Origin: Camelus dromedarius
Taxonomy: Eukaryota
Length of the DNA stretch: 64,000 nucleotides
Assembly (NCBI RefSeq): GCF_036321535.1
Contig: NC_087436.1
Coordinates: 74,464,001 to 74,528,000, forward strand
Reading direction: 5' to 3'
Part shown: in pieces, positions 12,741 through 25,841 of the stretch
Position numbering within the stretch: the stretch's first letter is position 1
How the letters are laid out: every line of letters begins with the position of its first letter
Translations under genes and position numbers: made by a program
The notes under the pieces: generated by a model
Seen by the model: the letters and a program-made list of their open reading frames with translations, nothing else
Told to the model about the DNA's origin: nothing
The model's database searches: none

Positions 12741-13381
12741 TAGTCCTTACCATACGATCCAGCAATCCCATTCCTGGCTGTATATCTGGAGGGAACTCTA
12801 ATTTGAAAAGATACACACACCCCAATGTTCACAGAAGCACTCTTAATAACGAAGACACAGAAACAACCCAAATGTCCATCGACAGATGACTGAATAAAAA
12901 AGTACTACTCACCCATAAAAAAAGAATAAAATAATACCATTTGCAACAACATGGATGGAACTGGAGATCATCATTCTAAGTGAAACAAGTCAGAAAGAGA
13001 AAGAAAAATACCATATGATATCACTTACACGTGGAATCTAAAAAAAAAAAAAAAAAGACAAAAATGAACTTATTTACAAAACAGAAACAGACTTACAGCA
13101 TAGAAAATAAACTTATGGTTACCAGTGGGGAAAGGGGGTTGGAAGAGATAAATTGGGAATTCCAGATTTGCAGATATTAACTAGTATACACAAAATAGAT
13201 AAACAACAACTTTCTTCTGTATAGCAAAGGGAACTATATCTATATTCAATATCTTGTAGTAACCTATAATGAAAAAGAATAAGAAAAGGAATATATGTAT
13301 GTATATATATGACTGAAACATTATGCTGTACACCAGAAATTGACACAACATTGCAAACTGACTATACTTCAATTAAAATAA
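12741..13381 (+). mobile_element. 5'-truncated LINE-1 (ORF2 C-terminus + 3'UTR)
   Basis: Begins ttaccatacgatccagcaatccca and ends actatacttcaattaaaat. 10-bp TSD aaaggtaagt at 12731-12740 and 13382-13391. Confidence 0.92.
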
Positions 13382-16341
13382 AAAGGTAAGTCTGTTTGTA
13401 GTCATGAATGTGTTCATTAAACATTTCCCCACAATATTCTTTATAATTAGAAACAGTAAACTCTCTTTTTTACAGATAATGCAATAGTAACTTGAAATTG
13501 CAGTTTGAAATTTGCACCCCTTGGGGAGTAATGGAAATGTTAGCTATCTTGATTGTGGTGGTGATTTCATTGTGTGTACATCTATCAAAATTCATCAAAT
13601 TGTACATCTGAAATATGTGTAGTTTACTGTACAGGAAGTAGACCACAATGAAGGTGTTTTTAAAAAAGACATTTACACTGGTAAGGTTTTACTATGTCAT
13701 TATATCAATATAATGTGGTGGAGAGAAGCAAATTCTTTGACATCAGCCTCAACAAGTTTTATCGCAGGCTTTACTACTTGCTAAGGGTGTAACCTTGGGC
13801 AAATGATTTGCCCTTTCTTTGTCTTAGTCTTTTCATCTATAAAATGGGAATGGTCTAAGAGCCGTGGCCTCTGAAGGTTGTTGTGAGAATTAAACATTAA
13901 ATATGTTAACTATTATTACAATTACAGCATGGTATGCTAAGCCATATGCAACAGTTATGTCATGGAAATGAATTGGATTATTAAATTATCCTGGCATTTA
14001 TTGGCCTTGGAGTGTCCACTGCAAGGATTAATGAACTTTGAGTTCTGTCTTCCACTGGATCTGACTATGCCCCAGCCTCCATGCCTTTCCATTATTGGCA
14101 GTAGACTTGACCTCAGATCTTTGTACTTTAAACCTGAAATTGCAATGAAGGGAGGGAGGGCAGTTTATCTGGGGAGGTTTTACTCATGTTGCCATGGAAA
14201 TTGACCGCTTTTCCAACCTTCAGCCCACACTCTCCAGTCCAGAGCCACGACTCCTTAGTAGACTTTTAAAGACACCAGTGGATACCCTTGGAAGCATATA
14301 AAACACTTAAACTTCCTGTTTAATGCTTTCTGTGCTGTCCCTCTTGTAATCTATATAGATTCTTTCACTAGAACTTGTGAAATGTTGCAGCTCTACATTA
14401 ATAAGTGGAGTGTCTGTATGTGTATCCACACCTTGAAAGGGGAAAGGCCTGTGATCCAAGCACCTATGCCCAGCTGAGGTGTTGCTCATATGGGAAGCCA
14501 ACAGAAATATGTTCTCAGTTATTCAAGGGCTCAGAAAACCCACCACTTTTATACCATTTCTGAAAAATTATACTCAGCAAACTGAGGAATAAGGTAAACT
14601 TAATAATGAAAAAATTGTGGCATAAAAACTGCTTGGGATGAACATTGAGACCAGTGAATTAAAGGCAAATCAGTGGCATACTAGGTCAAAAGGTAACTCG
14701 GCACTAATTATTTGGGTTGCTTGTGCAATGATTTGCAATTTATAGATTGAAAGGAAGAAGTAATAGTGCTCCTTGGAAGCTTAGCGTAGCAGCCACAGAC
14801 TTCTGGGAAAATTTCTTGGTCCACTTTGTAAATCTTGTCTGCAATTGACAATAAACTAGTTAATCAGGAATTGTAAGAAGTCAAATAAGTGTCTCACTTA
14901 CATTTACTAAGCTGGGGCTAATAATGCATCAATTCTAAATAAAATATTATTTTTATCCTATGGCCTTGGATCAGATTATCCATCTTTCCCCACTGTCCCC
15001 CAAAATAATACATTTGATGGAGAACAAATTGTACCAAAATAACTCTGTGATTCCCACTCCCTAGTGTTTTGGGAGAGCAAATGACATAATAGAAACAGCA
15101 AGTCAGTCAGGCCAGCTAATAGTCTACGAACTATTAGCTGTGTAACCTTAGATAAATCACTTTACTATTCTTTGCTTCAAAAATTCTTGATTTATTCCTC
15201 ATTCTACAACAAAAGAGACAAAGGAGCTTTCCCAAGTACCTCTAGTCTGGACTCTAGGGTGAGAGGAACAATTCTCAATAATCAGTACTATCTAAAGTGG
15301 TCAATTATTTGAACAATCAAAAATAATGAAATGGATTCACACACCAAGAAAGGTTATAGGACTAGGATCGACATGAAATAGAAGAACTTATGTCCTCCCT
15401 AACAATGAGCACAGCAATTACACTCATGTGTGTATAATTTTTTGTAGTTTCTTCTGTGTGTGTCAATGAACTGTGCTATGTGAATTACATCTCAATAATT
15501 TTTTGAAATTAAAACAATGAAAGAGGTGGAGCCAAGAAGCAGGTATTCCAACAGTAAGGCTGAAAGCTCTCAATGACACTACAGCAAATGAAGTACGTTA
15601 GCCATCATGAACTATTGTTTAATGAAGACACAAAAAAGAAAGGGGATTGTTCTTTTTCTTGGATGACGGGCATGAGTAGTTGCCCGTCATGCTCTAGTTG
15701 CCAGTTAAGAGCCCTCACAGGGCCCTCTTGCACCCTCACAGCCCTCGCTGGGACTTGCATGTGGTCAGCTCTTAATAAATACCTGCTAATTGCATATCTG
15801 AACTAGGTCTTTCATTCTGTACCAGAAAAAACTTGTTGGCAGGATATGTTTAACAAATTCTTTTTTGGTAATTGTCATCCCTCCCAGCCTAGGAATGGTT
15901 AGGTAAAAACGAGAAAAGCACCAGGGAATCAGGGTATATTTCCAGTTCTTATACTGGAAAGAAATTGGATTGGAAATCTGCCCATGTGTGTGGTTTGTCT
16001 GGTTTATTGTAAACTAATTTCTGAGAAAAGTTCTTCCCTTACTTCCAGGCATGACGCATCAACTGATTTCAGTGTCAGAGGAGAAACTCAGCCTAAGCTA
16101 CAGTTGTGTGAAGAGCTACTCTGCCGATTATTAAAATATGCTTCTTTTTTTAATTTTAATTGTGGGCAAATAATACATATATCCAATGTACCATATTTGT
16201 TTAAATGAAATTCCTAACAAAAAATAAAAATAGGAAAACAATAACTAACAATGTTTACTTCATAATTAAGGAGTTTCTTTATGGAAATTATATGACTCTT
16301 TGCATTCTGTTGAAAGAAAAGGGGTTTCTTAGCTTGTTTTT

Positions 16342-16452
16342 TTAAATAAATAAATAAATTTATTTATTTATTTAATAGAGGTACTGGCTGGGGCTTGAAC
16401 CCAGGACCTTGTGTACAGTAAGCATGTACTACTGAGCTATACCTTCTCCTAC
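16342..16452 (-). mobile_element. Vic-1-like SINE
   Basis: gaggtactgg...ttgaacccaggacc...actgagctatacc. 15-bp TSD tcttagcttgttttt at 16327-16341 and 16453-16467. Confidence 0.88.
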
Positions 16453-17365
16453 TCTTAGCTTGTTTTTATTTCAAGAATCAATTTATGAAAATATTGAATT
16501 CAATATATATGTTGAATGTCTTCTATGTTTAAAGCACTGTGCTAAGTATTGTAAGATATATATAAATATGATAAGGACATAGTAGACCTTGGCATCAAGA
16601 ACATTATAGTCTTGGGTGAGATCTTTCCTGGTCATCCCATGGAAAAGTTTGAATCTCCACACTGCCCTGACACTCTTTATCCTCATCCATACCATTTCTT
16701 TTTTCTTGGAAAAATCTGACATACTGGGTATTTTATCTGTCTTTTTGTTTGTTGCCTTTTCCCCAAAATAGAATAAAAACTTCATGATGACAGGCATTTT
16801 TCTGTGTTGGGTTCACCACTGTGTCTCCAATGTCTGGAATGGTGATTGATATATATTGAGATATATATATAAGCATCTAACAGGTGAACTGACAAGAGTG
16901 AGCCAGGTAGTTCAGCCATGGCTAGGGGACTTGTTGATGGAGAGACGGCTTGGAAGTCAGAAGATGGGTCAATTTCTGGGGTGGGTGACCTCGAATTAGG
17001 CATTTTTCTTCATTTATAAAGTAAAGGAGTTGGATTATCAGGATACTCAGATTTTCCCATCTAACAAATCACCAGCCACTCCTAAAGAATCTGAGCTCCT
17101 CTAAGATAGAAACAAAAGCCCATTGTGTTCCAAGAACAACACTACATGTGTGTTTGCATTTTGTTACATTTTTAATGTATGACGAGTTTTAAGAACACAA
17201 AAATTATAATACCATAGAGAGGAGTAAATTTTATCGCTAGGATTTATCAGATAACTAATAACAATAATGCCATGAAGAATTTAAATTACAGTGATGCTGT
17301 TGAGAATATTTTATTGAACGTCAACTGTAAAATGCACTAGTGATACATTTAAAATTGCAGTAATT

Positions 17366-17498
17366 GGGTGGGGAGGGTATATCTCAGTGGTAGAGAGCAT
17401 GCTTAGCATGCATGTGTTCTGGGTTCAACCCCGAGTACCTCCATTAAGAAAAAAATAAATATATCTAATTACCTCCCCCCAAAAAGCAAACAAAACAA
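17366..17498 (+). mobile_element. Vic-1-like SINE (full length)
   Basis: ggggagggtatatctcagtggtagag...ggttcaacc. 14-bp TSD aaaattgcagtaat at 17351-17364 and 17499-17512. Confidence 0.92.
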
Positions 17499-18249
17499 AA
17501 AATTGCAGTAATGGCATTAGCAGGAGAGACATCATGTACGTCTCCTGAAAACTACTGATGTATTCTTGTAATTTAAAACATTTCATACTGTAGTTATGTA
17601 AGGTGTTAACCACTGGAGGAGACTGTGTGTGTGGGAACCTTTCATGCAAAGTGGGGTTGAAGCACCTAGAAAAACTAGAGACCTGGGAACCTCACTGAGC
17701 TTACAGAACAGGTGTTACAAACTGTACTCAGCTTTCTAATGGATTCTTCTTTTGAAAAACATGCAGCAGAATTTGGGCTGAGACTTACCTTTATTATAAT
17801 GAGTTATTTATGTATCACAATTGAGTTGGGTGGGCGGATAGGTAACTGGTACCTTAAACTTCTTGAGCAGTTACTGTCATCTTCTGAGAAGAAGCTAAGT
17901 GTTGTGCATGACCAAGTGACCTCAGGTCAGTTTGCAATAGTCCTGACTGACAACTCGCGGGTAAAATAACCTCTCTGTCCCTTTCTTTTGTCATCAGAAG
18001 ACACCGGAAAACACACATTATCAGGTCAGGGCACCAACCTACTGAATCTCCTCCAGTAGCATCTCTTTGCCTCAGGGTAAAGCCAAACTCCCTAATATAG
18101 TTTTAGGGCCTTCAAACTCTGGCCCAGTTATTTTTTCAGCTCATAGCTGACCATTCCCCATTCACTCTCTCTGCTTCAGGCTTTCCTGTAATTCAGAGTT
18201 TCTTTCAGTTTCTCAAAAGTGCTGAGCTCTTGCTCCAGTTTTGTTGTCA

Positions 18250-19160
18250 TTGTTTTTCAATTTTAAAACATGAGATAAAATTCATATAACATAAAATTCA
18301 CCATTTTAAGCATTTTAAAGTGAATGATTCATAATGTCACGCAACCATCTTCACTATCTAACATTTCCATCACCCATAAGAGAAACCCCATACCCATTAG
18401 CAGTCATTCAAAATACCCCCCACACCCACCCCCCAACCACTGCTAATCTACATGGTCTCTATGGATTTACCTGCTCTAGACATTTCATTAAATGAAACAT
18501 GTGGTCTTTTGTGCCTGGATTCTTTTGCTTAGCGTAATGTTTTCAACGTTCATCCATGTTGTAGTGTGGAATAGTACTTGTTTCCTTTTCATGACTAAAT
18601 AACATTCCATTGTATGAATAGACCACATTTTGTTTATCAATTCAACATTTGGGTTATTTCCATTTCTTCTTTTTTTTAAGTTAGTTAATTTATAATGTTG
18701 TGTTAGTTTCTGGTGTATAGCAAAGTGATTTAGTTATACATATATATATATTCTTTTTCATATTGTTTTCCATTATGGTCTGTAACAAGATATTGACTAT
18801 AGTTCCCTGTGCAACACAGTAGGACTTTGTTGTTTATCTATTTTATATATAGTAGTTAGTATCTGCAAATCTCGAACTCCCAATTTACCCCTTCCCACAC
18901 CCTTTCCCCTCTGGTAACCATAAGTTTCTTTCCTATGTCAGTGAGTCTGTTTCTGTTTTGTAAATAAGTTCACTTGTAGGGTTATTTCCATTTCTTCAGC
19001 TGTAATGGATAATGCTGCTATGAATATTTGTGTACAAGTTTTTGTGTGAACATATATTTTCAATTTTGGGGGGTATATACCTAGGAGTAGAATTGGTTTG
19101 GTAATTCATATGGTGACTCTATGTTAAACTTTTTTGAAAAAACTGCCCGACTATTTTCTC
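18250..19160 (-). mobile_element. Older L1 (L1MB-like) 3' region, interrupted by a younger L1 at 18670-18978
   Basis: gagataaaattcatataacataaaattcaccattttaag...; the host sequence continues correctly across the insert. Confidence 0.85.
18670..18978 (-). mobile_element. Younger 5'-truncated L1 3'UTR nested in the older L1
   Basis: Same family as 880-1629. Exact 19-bp TSD gggttatttccatttcttc at 18651-18669 and 18979-18997. Confidence 0.92.
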
Positions 19161-19609
19161 TCCAGGATGTTTTCATTGGCCCCTGGGATATTTTGAATGT
19201 GCCAGGCCTTAGCATGGTACATTCATCTTTTCAGGTCCCAGCTTAGACATTGTTCCTTGAAGAAGCCTTCCCTGACTGCTTGATATGAAATTAGAAGCCC
19301 CTGAAATATGAGATAAAGAATATTATCTCATCATTCACCATATTATTTTGTACTTGTTTATTTCTCTTTCCACCAGCACACCCTAGTCTGTGAATTCCAC
19401 GGGTGTTAAGAGGGAATATGTGTACCTTATTCTCTTGCACAGTGCCTGGCATCTGGGAGGCATGCAGTGAGCACCTGTTAGAATCAATAGTTACAGCATA
19501 TATTCTATTCAAAGCAACAAAAGACTTGCTGCATAATTCTTCCACTATTAGAAGTCTACATAAATCGATTTATGAAGTTGTCACTGAAGGATGATTCTTA
19601 GTGAATTGT

Positions 19610-19690
19610 TTATATATATATATATATATACACACACATATATATATATCACTAATATTCTCTCTATATACATACATATACATATATCAT
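19610..19690. repeat. Compound (TA)n(CA)n(TA)n and (TACA)n microsatellite
   Basis: Read directly from the sequence. Confidence 0.85.
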
Positions 19691-20469
19691 TAACATTCAT
19701 GATTATTTTAGTGACTGATTTTTTTAAGTATAAAATTTAGGGACCACCTATTATGCCCAGATTGAAATTGCATTAATCTGTACAAATGTTTCAAAAAGCA
19801 ACTGCTACATTTTGACCAAGTAATTCCACTTCTGCAAATCCTAAGGAAATAATTCTAAATGCAGAAATGTTTTATGCATAAATGTTTACCTGAAGAATTA
19901 ATCATAAAAAATTAAAAATTGGAAACAAGCTCCCTCAATAGGTAATAGAGGAATGGCTACATAAATTCTACAGATATTAAAAATAATGTTCAAGAAGAAT
20001 CTAGAATAATGTAGTAAAAACTGTAATATGCTATGACTGCAACTATCTAAAGAGGAGGAAAAAGTCCCAAACCTACGATAAGACATATATCAAACGGCTA
20101 ACACTGTATGGTTTGTGCAGTGGGGCAGTGCACGGGTTTTCTCTTCTATTTTATTTTCCAAATTCTAAATATGATTTTATTATCATAATCATTTTTAAGT
20201 ACAATAATCATTGAAGCAAATAACATGAAAAAAATGTTAAAAGCCCACATGACTAAAAGGGATAGCTCTGATGATGTTTTTGTTTAGGACTTTCACTTTG
20301 AGAGCATAGGGATAGAGATTTATAATGCTTTATGAAATGCTGTTCAGAAATTCAGAAAATAGCCCAAATTAACTAAGAAAATTAACTCTAACACTCATGA
20401 AAATACTGAGACTCTTATCTATAATTTTCCACATTTATAATTATTACATAATGCCTGAGGAATGTAGAG

Positions 20470-20658
20470 CAAAGCCGATCCTCAAACTTCAGTGAGCAGA
20501 ATAATTACCAGAGCCTCTGGGTTAAGAGAGATTCCCCAATTCTGGCCCCAGAGATTCACATTTGCTAAATCTGGGATGGAGTTCAGGCATCAGCCACTTT
20601 TATCTAACAAGCAAAATAATGATGCAAATGAGCCATAGACCACACGTGAGAAAACATG
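20470..20658. mobile_element. MER5A-like hAT-Charlie MITE
   Basis: ctcaaacttcagtgagcagaataattacc...ccccagagattc...agaccacacgtgagaaaaca. Confidence 0.6.
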
Positions 20659-22051
20659 TTTTCTAATATTTTCTAAGGTCTTGACCTATTTCTAATTCAG
20701 AAGTGGCCAAATGTAATGAGCTCTGCTCTGGAAGATGAATGCCGCAAAGTTCGCCAACCTACAGCACAGCGGACTCCAGTGATGCCAAGCTGGGAGTTTT
20801 ACAGAGCACTTCACCTTGGTTTGCTTGCTCTGAGGGAAAAATAGAAAATAGAAAAATAGAGAAAACGCCTATGCTTTTAATTTTAACAAATGTCTTGTCT
20901 CTTGCCGCCTTGGGACAGTAACACAGTAGGTGAACCTTTATCATTTCTAAACTGGCCCCTTTGATGGTATGTTAAACATAAAAGTCAAGCTAAAGAACTA
21001 CTTAAAACCTTTCCTAATTCCAAGAAACTTTGCTATTCAGTCACTGTTTGGACATGGACAAACAATGATAACATCTCATCTGCATGTCAATGTAATTTTA
21101 TCATCTTAAAACTTGGAGAGTGCAGTGAGAATCTGGCTGGCTGGCACAGATTCCTCTCTCCCAGAGATGCCCTGGAGGCGAGAAAGTGGGACATCCACAT
21201 ACTCCATGTGCTCACAGTCCCAGCCCTTGCCAAGTACATGTCCAACTGCTTGGAGTCGGCAATGAAAAGTAAAGGAAATCTATGCTGGAAGCTTTCACCT
21301 AGTTCTAAAGGGAATTTCATTCTATTTGTAACCAGCCTGAGTTCTTACTTCTCTAGCAGTCACGTAATTAAGATGCAATAATTGGTCAGGAGTCAGAGCC
21401 ACAAAATCGAGCTTGTAAGAAAAAAAAAGCTGTTAACTGTTCTGTGCTGCTGTTGCTGATAATTTTTTTTAACTGCAGGCTAAGGTGTTGGTCCCTGTGT
21501 GCACGCCCACCTCTTCCTAGCCCCCAAGGCCACTTCTAAGAAATTGGTGGGGCTGGGGAGTGGTTAGGAAGGAGGCCCTGGGCAACAGACTATCGGGAAT
21601 GTGGGGTCCTTTGAAAACCACTGCCAGAGGGACAGAGGCTCAAGATACCCCTTTAAAACTCAAATGGCTGCTGGGACATACCTGTTGGATGACACACCTT
21701 TATTTACCTGGCTGGGAAACAGCCTCTGGTTGTCCTTGGTCAGCCCTAACCCCTTCCCAGTTGTGGAGAGCTTGGATTCTACCTAGTAACAGGCCATTTG
21801 AAATTCCCATTGGCGGGAACCAATGTTTTATATAATGATAACATCCCCTTATGAAATTGCAGGATTAATTATTGGTGGGCATTTAGGATAGATGTGGTTT
21901 AAGAAAGGGATAATCAGTTATGTATTTTTTAAAAATTTCTAGTTTGAAATAAATCAAACTTAAAGAAATTTGAAAAACTGTACAAACTCTATTTACCCTC
22001 TACTCCTGTCCCTTGTAAATGTTTTCCCATCTTTGCTCTGTACTCCCCTTC

Positions 22052-22280
22052 TTTTTTTTTAATTAATAGACTTTTTAAGAACAGCTTTTGATTTACAGAA
22101 ACACTGAGCAAATAGTTCACAGAGTTAAAATGACCCCTTATACTCACACACACACACCCACACACAGTTTCCCCTATTAGTAATATCTTACGTAAGTATA
22201 ATACATTTGTTACAATTATGAACCACCATTGATTTATTATTATCTAAAGTCTATCACTTATTCAGATTTCCTTCTCTTTT
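22052..22280 (-). mobile_element. Old L1 3' terminus (L1MC/MD-like)
   Basis: T-tail followed by aattaatagactttttaagaacagcttttgatttacagaaacactgagca...tttcccctattag. Confidence 0.7.
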
Positions 22281-23584
22281 ACCCCCTTGCTCGTGTCACT
22301 TTAATTTGACTCAATCCTTCTGAAGTACAAGGCGGTAAATATAAATGTCAGCTATAAAACTGCACCTGGGAAAATCGGCAAAAAATAAAGGACCTTACAA
22401 TTATTTTAAAAAGATATATCACTACTATTTGTTATAGTGAGAATGACCCAAATGTCAAAGAGGAGAGAAATGGCTAAGCAAACTATTATATGTTAACATA
22501 GTGATATGCCTGCTGGCTATTAAAAATGTAAACTGGGAAAATTGTTTTAATATATGGAGTATGCTGTTAATGAACATAATGGAAGGCAAAATAAAATATG
22601 TAGGCTGGCTATAACTAGTCAACCCAAAGTTAAAAGGGATTTATGGCATTGGAAATTATTAGAACTGATTACTCCCTAGGTTATATCTTTTGTAACTATG
22701 TTTGAATTGATTTTTAAAAAGTATTTAAAAAAACTAGCAGCAATTTTCATCTTCAGGAAATACTTTAAATAAAAGAGTTATATGATCAGAAAAAAAACTT
22801 TGAGATTCCTATCTCTCCTTCCTCATTCTTATGTTGAATGATAAAGAAGTTCTAGCTATCAAAATAAATAAATAAAGAGAAAAACCAGACCAACGATACT
22901 GGTAGATCAGCTCATTTTAAGTCGTAATCATATCTGGCCCACACCTGTCTCACATCTTCACTGCCCCACAAGCAAACAGAACAGCTACAGGTGTGAGATG
23001 GGCAGTCACAGCTGGGAATTCTCTCTTGTTTTCCTACAAGCAGGAGCAGGCAACCAGTTTCCTGGAGGAGGGGCCTCCTGCCTGAAAGGTTATGCACCCA
23101 GAACACTGGGCAAAAAAAAAAAAAAGCTGATTAAAAACAAAAGAACATCATTGCTTCAAGTCAAATGAATGCAAAAAATGATTTTTAAAATAATTTAAAA
23201 CTTAATACATTTAGGATCTAGCCCTGTATGGAAAGGACGTGACAATGAAGCAAAGTCTGGTCTGCAAATGAATTCTGAACTGCCACACATTCAACCACCT
23301 GAAGAGCTAAACTTTTTTTAATCTTGAACTCAATAACAATACCCAATTCAAATGCAAAAATTACAATATACTTAACAATAAAATAGGTTGGAAATTACGA
23401 TGCACAGTATGATTTCATTTTGATATAAATTCTGGAATGATACACACTAAAATATTACCAGTGATTACCCTAAGGTACTGAAATTAGGGCAATTTTATTT
23501 TCTTCTTCTGTATTTCTTTATCAGCATTATCTATTTTTTTTTTTACAATAAACATGTATCATTTGTATAATTTAAAAATTCTTT

Positions 23585-23700
23585 CTTTCCTCCCTTCTTT
23601 CCTTCCTTCCCCTTTCTTCCTTCCTTCATGGTGGTACTGAGGATTAAACCCAGGACCTGGTGCATGCTAAGCAAGCACTCTACCACTGAGCTCCCCCACC
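23585..23700 (-). mobile_element. Vic-1-like SINE with a (GGAA)n-type tail
   Basis: ggtactgaggattaaacccaggacctggtgcatgctaagcaagcactctaccactgagct. TSD aaattcttt at 23576-23584 and 23701-23709. Confidence 0.88.
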
Positions 23701-24990
23701 AAATTCTTTAAAATGTGAAAATAAATATAAAATTTATAGAACCTAACTTTTCATCAACTGACTTTAGTTCTTTATCTAAATGCAAAGATAATTGATATTT
23801 ATAATAAGCACAAAGCACTTAAGGATCTTGTATGGTTTTTCAAAATCATAAATTACTTTGTGTTTAGTTTTAGTGCTGAGTATTTTTAATTGTAGTTCAG
23901 TTTTCTTAAACTATTAATCATATGAAGTACATGTGAGAAATTCCTATTAATTAGAATAATTTATTATCCAGAGAAATCCATTTCACAAACCTACCAGGTA
24001 ATGGAACTATTTATTGTGGTACCATCCTACATAACAAAACACTGCTTAACTTCTATATAAACTTCCTTCTTTTTTTTTTTAGGAACACCAAATAGTTCGT
24101 TACTTCAAAGTCAATTTCCATCATAAGCCAGTGTCGGGATGCTGTGGCTTTAAATTTATAAAGGATAAAGATTTTCTTTTTTCAACTCACAGGAAATGAA
24201 TAAAGACATAAAGAGTTTTGAACCTCAGGAAATACCACACAAAGACCTCCAAAATGGAATCTGAGTCAGATGTGTACCACAATAAAGAGAAAACGTTAAC
24301 TCTGATAGAATAAGAGCTGTCCTGTGCCCACAGTGCTGGGATTGACAGGTGATACTTGTCCACCTGTCTGTCATTCTCCTTTTCCAGGTGGTCTTGAAAG
24401 AGCTTTTAGAAGGAAAACACCTGAAGCCAAGAGACCACAGAACGTGTAAGGTGACACACATATAAGGGACATAGGGTTATGGTCAGGCGGCACTTAATAT
24501 AGCTCCTGCCTGTAGGTGTTTGTCTGTGCCCTATGTTTAGAGAAATAATCTCTTTCTCAAAGAATCACAGGCTGCTCTCAAGATTAGGAGTTTTCATGCT
24601 CACTCGGTCAAGTTGCCTCATGCAGATACCTTCCTTTATTAGGACCCTGGGAGACATCTTAACTAAACACAATAAATCTTGTGGAGTAAGAATATAAATA
24701 TAACCAACTCAATTCCCCATTATCTATGCTTGAACATATGTGGTGGAGAGGGGTGTTTTGGAGTGACATAGACTATCAATAATACTGATCTTTGAAAATT
24801 TCAAATAATTCAAAACCCTTAACAAGTAGCAAGTAGTCTTGAGTTTCAACCCCTCTGTCAAGTCCTGACGGAAAGTGGCAGTTGGTCAAGAACAAAGATC
24901 AGAAGGGAAAATAGGTGTGAAAGATCATCCCCATTGGATACTGCTCCTGTAAATGATGCGTATACCTCACAGCTGAAAAGTGGTTCCAGT

Positions 24991-25110
24991 GGGGGAGGGT
25001 ACAGTGCAGTGGCAGAATGTGTGCTTAGCACACACCAAGTCCTGGCACCTCCATTAATAAATAAATAAATAAACCTAATTACCCCTCCCAAAACAAAATA
25101 AAACAAAAAT
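24991..25110 (+). mobile_element. Vic-1-like SINE (box B deleted)
   Basis: gggggagggtacagtgcagtggcagaatgtgtgcttagca...cacctccattaataaataaataaataaacctaattacccct. Confidence 0.85.
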
Positions 25111-25716
25111 CCTAGAAGGGGATGCAAAATAGTTCCAGACTCAGTTTTCACAAGATTTCATGACAGGAGCTAGAAACCAAGAAGTACTGTGCCAAAGAGG
25201 AATAACATTTCAATTTATCAATAATGTTTAATCCAGTCTAGTGAGACTTCATCTTGATCGAGTTAGTGGAATTTTGGTAATGTTACTGCATGGCTGAACT
25301 TAGATACTGCAGATTTCATGAGTGATGGTAGCTTTACATACACACACACTGAACTCCCTGTAAGCCTCCACCCCTTCAGAGTTCTGCCTGGGTTTCAATT
25401 CCAGGCTACGCCAGAGCTGCTAACTTGACTGATAATAGTTTACATGACTTCAATTAAACCTAATTCTGTTTAATGACATACCACGATGGCTCATGATTGT
25501 TACACACAAGAGATAGTTGGATGGTCTTTTTCAATTGAAATGAGAAATACGAGCATCTTTTTATGTAGAAGCATAAGGAGAAATGTTAGGCTTTATCAGC
25601 AAATCTCAGTCTTGTAGCACCTTTTAAGTCAACTAGAGAATTTCTTTGTCTTCAGCATAGATGGAAATTTAAAGTGAACTGTATATTTTGAATGGTATTT
25701 AAAATAATAATAGCTA

Positions 25717-25841
25717 TACATTCAATATCTTGTAATAACCCATAATGAAAAAGAATATGAAAAAGTATATACGTATAACCGTGCTGTGAGCCAGAAACTA
25801 ACACAACATGGTAAATCAACTATACTTCAATTAAAAAAAAA
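25717..25841 (+). mobile_element. Short (125 bp) L1 3'-terminal insertion
   Basis: Ends aaatcaactatacttcaatt(A)n. 11-bp TSD aataatagcta at 25706-25716 and 25842-25852. Confidence 0.88.

Noticed and set aside
17366..17445. tRNA-Ala-like sequences (also at 39020, 6494, 34970, 52000, 59020 and others)
   Set aside because: These are SINE heads with A-rich tails, TSDs and divergent stems, not tRNA genes.
16342..25110. Inverted SINE pairs (16342-/17366+ and 23585-/24991+) as dsRNA-forming units
   Set aside because: The copies are short and diverged, overall orientation is 5 plus and 5 minus, and nothing shows they are co-transcribed.
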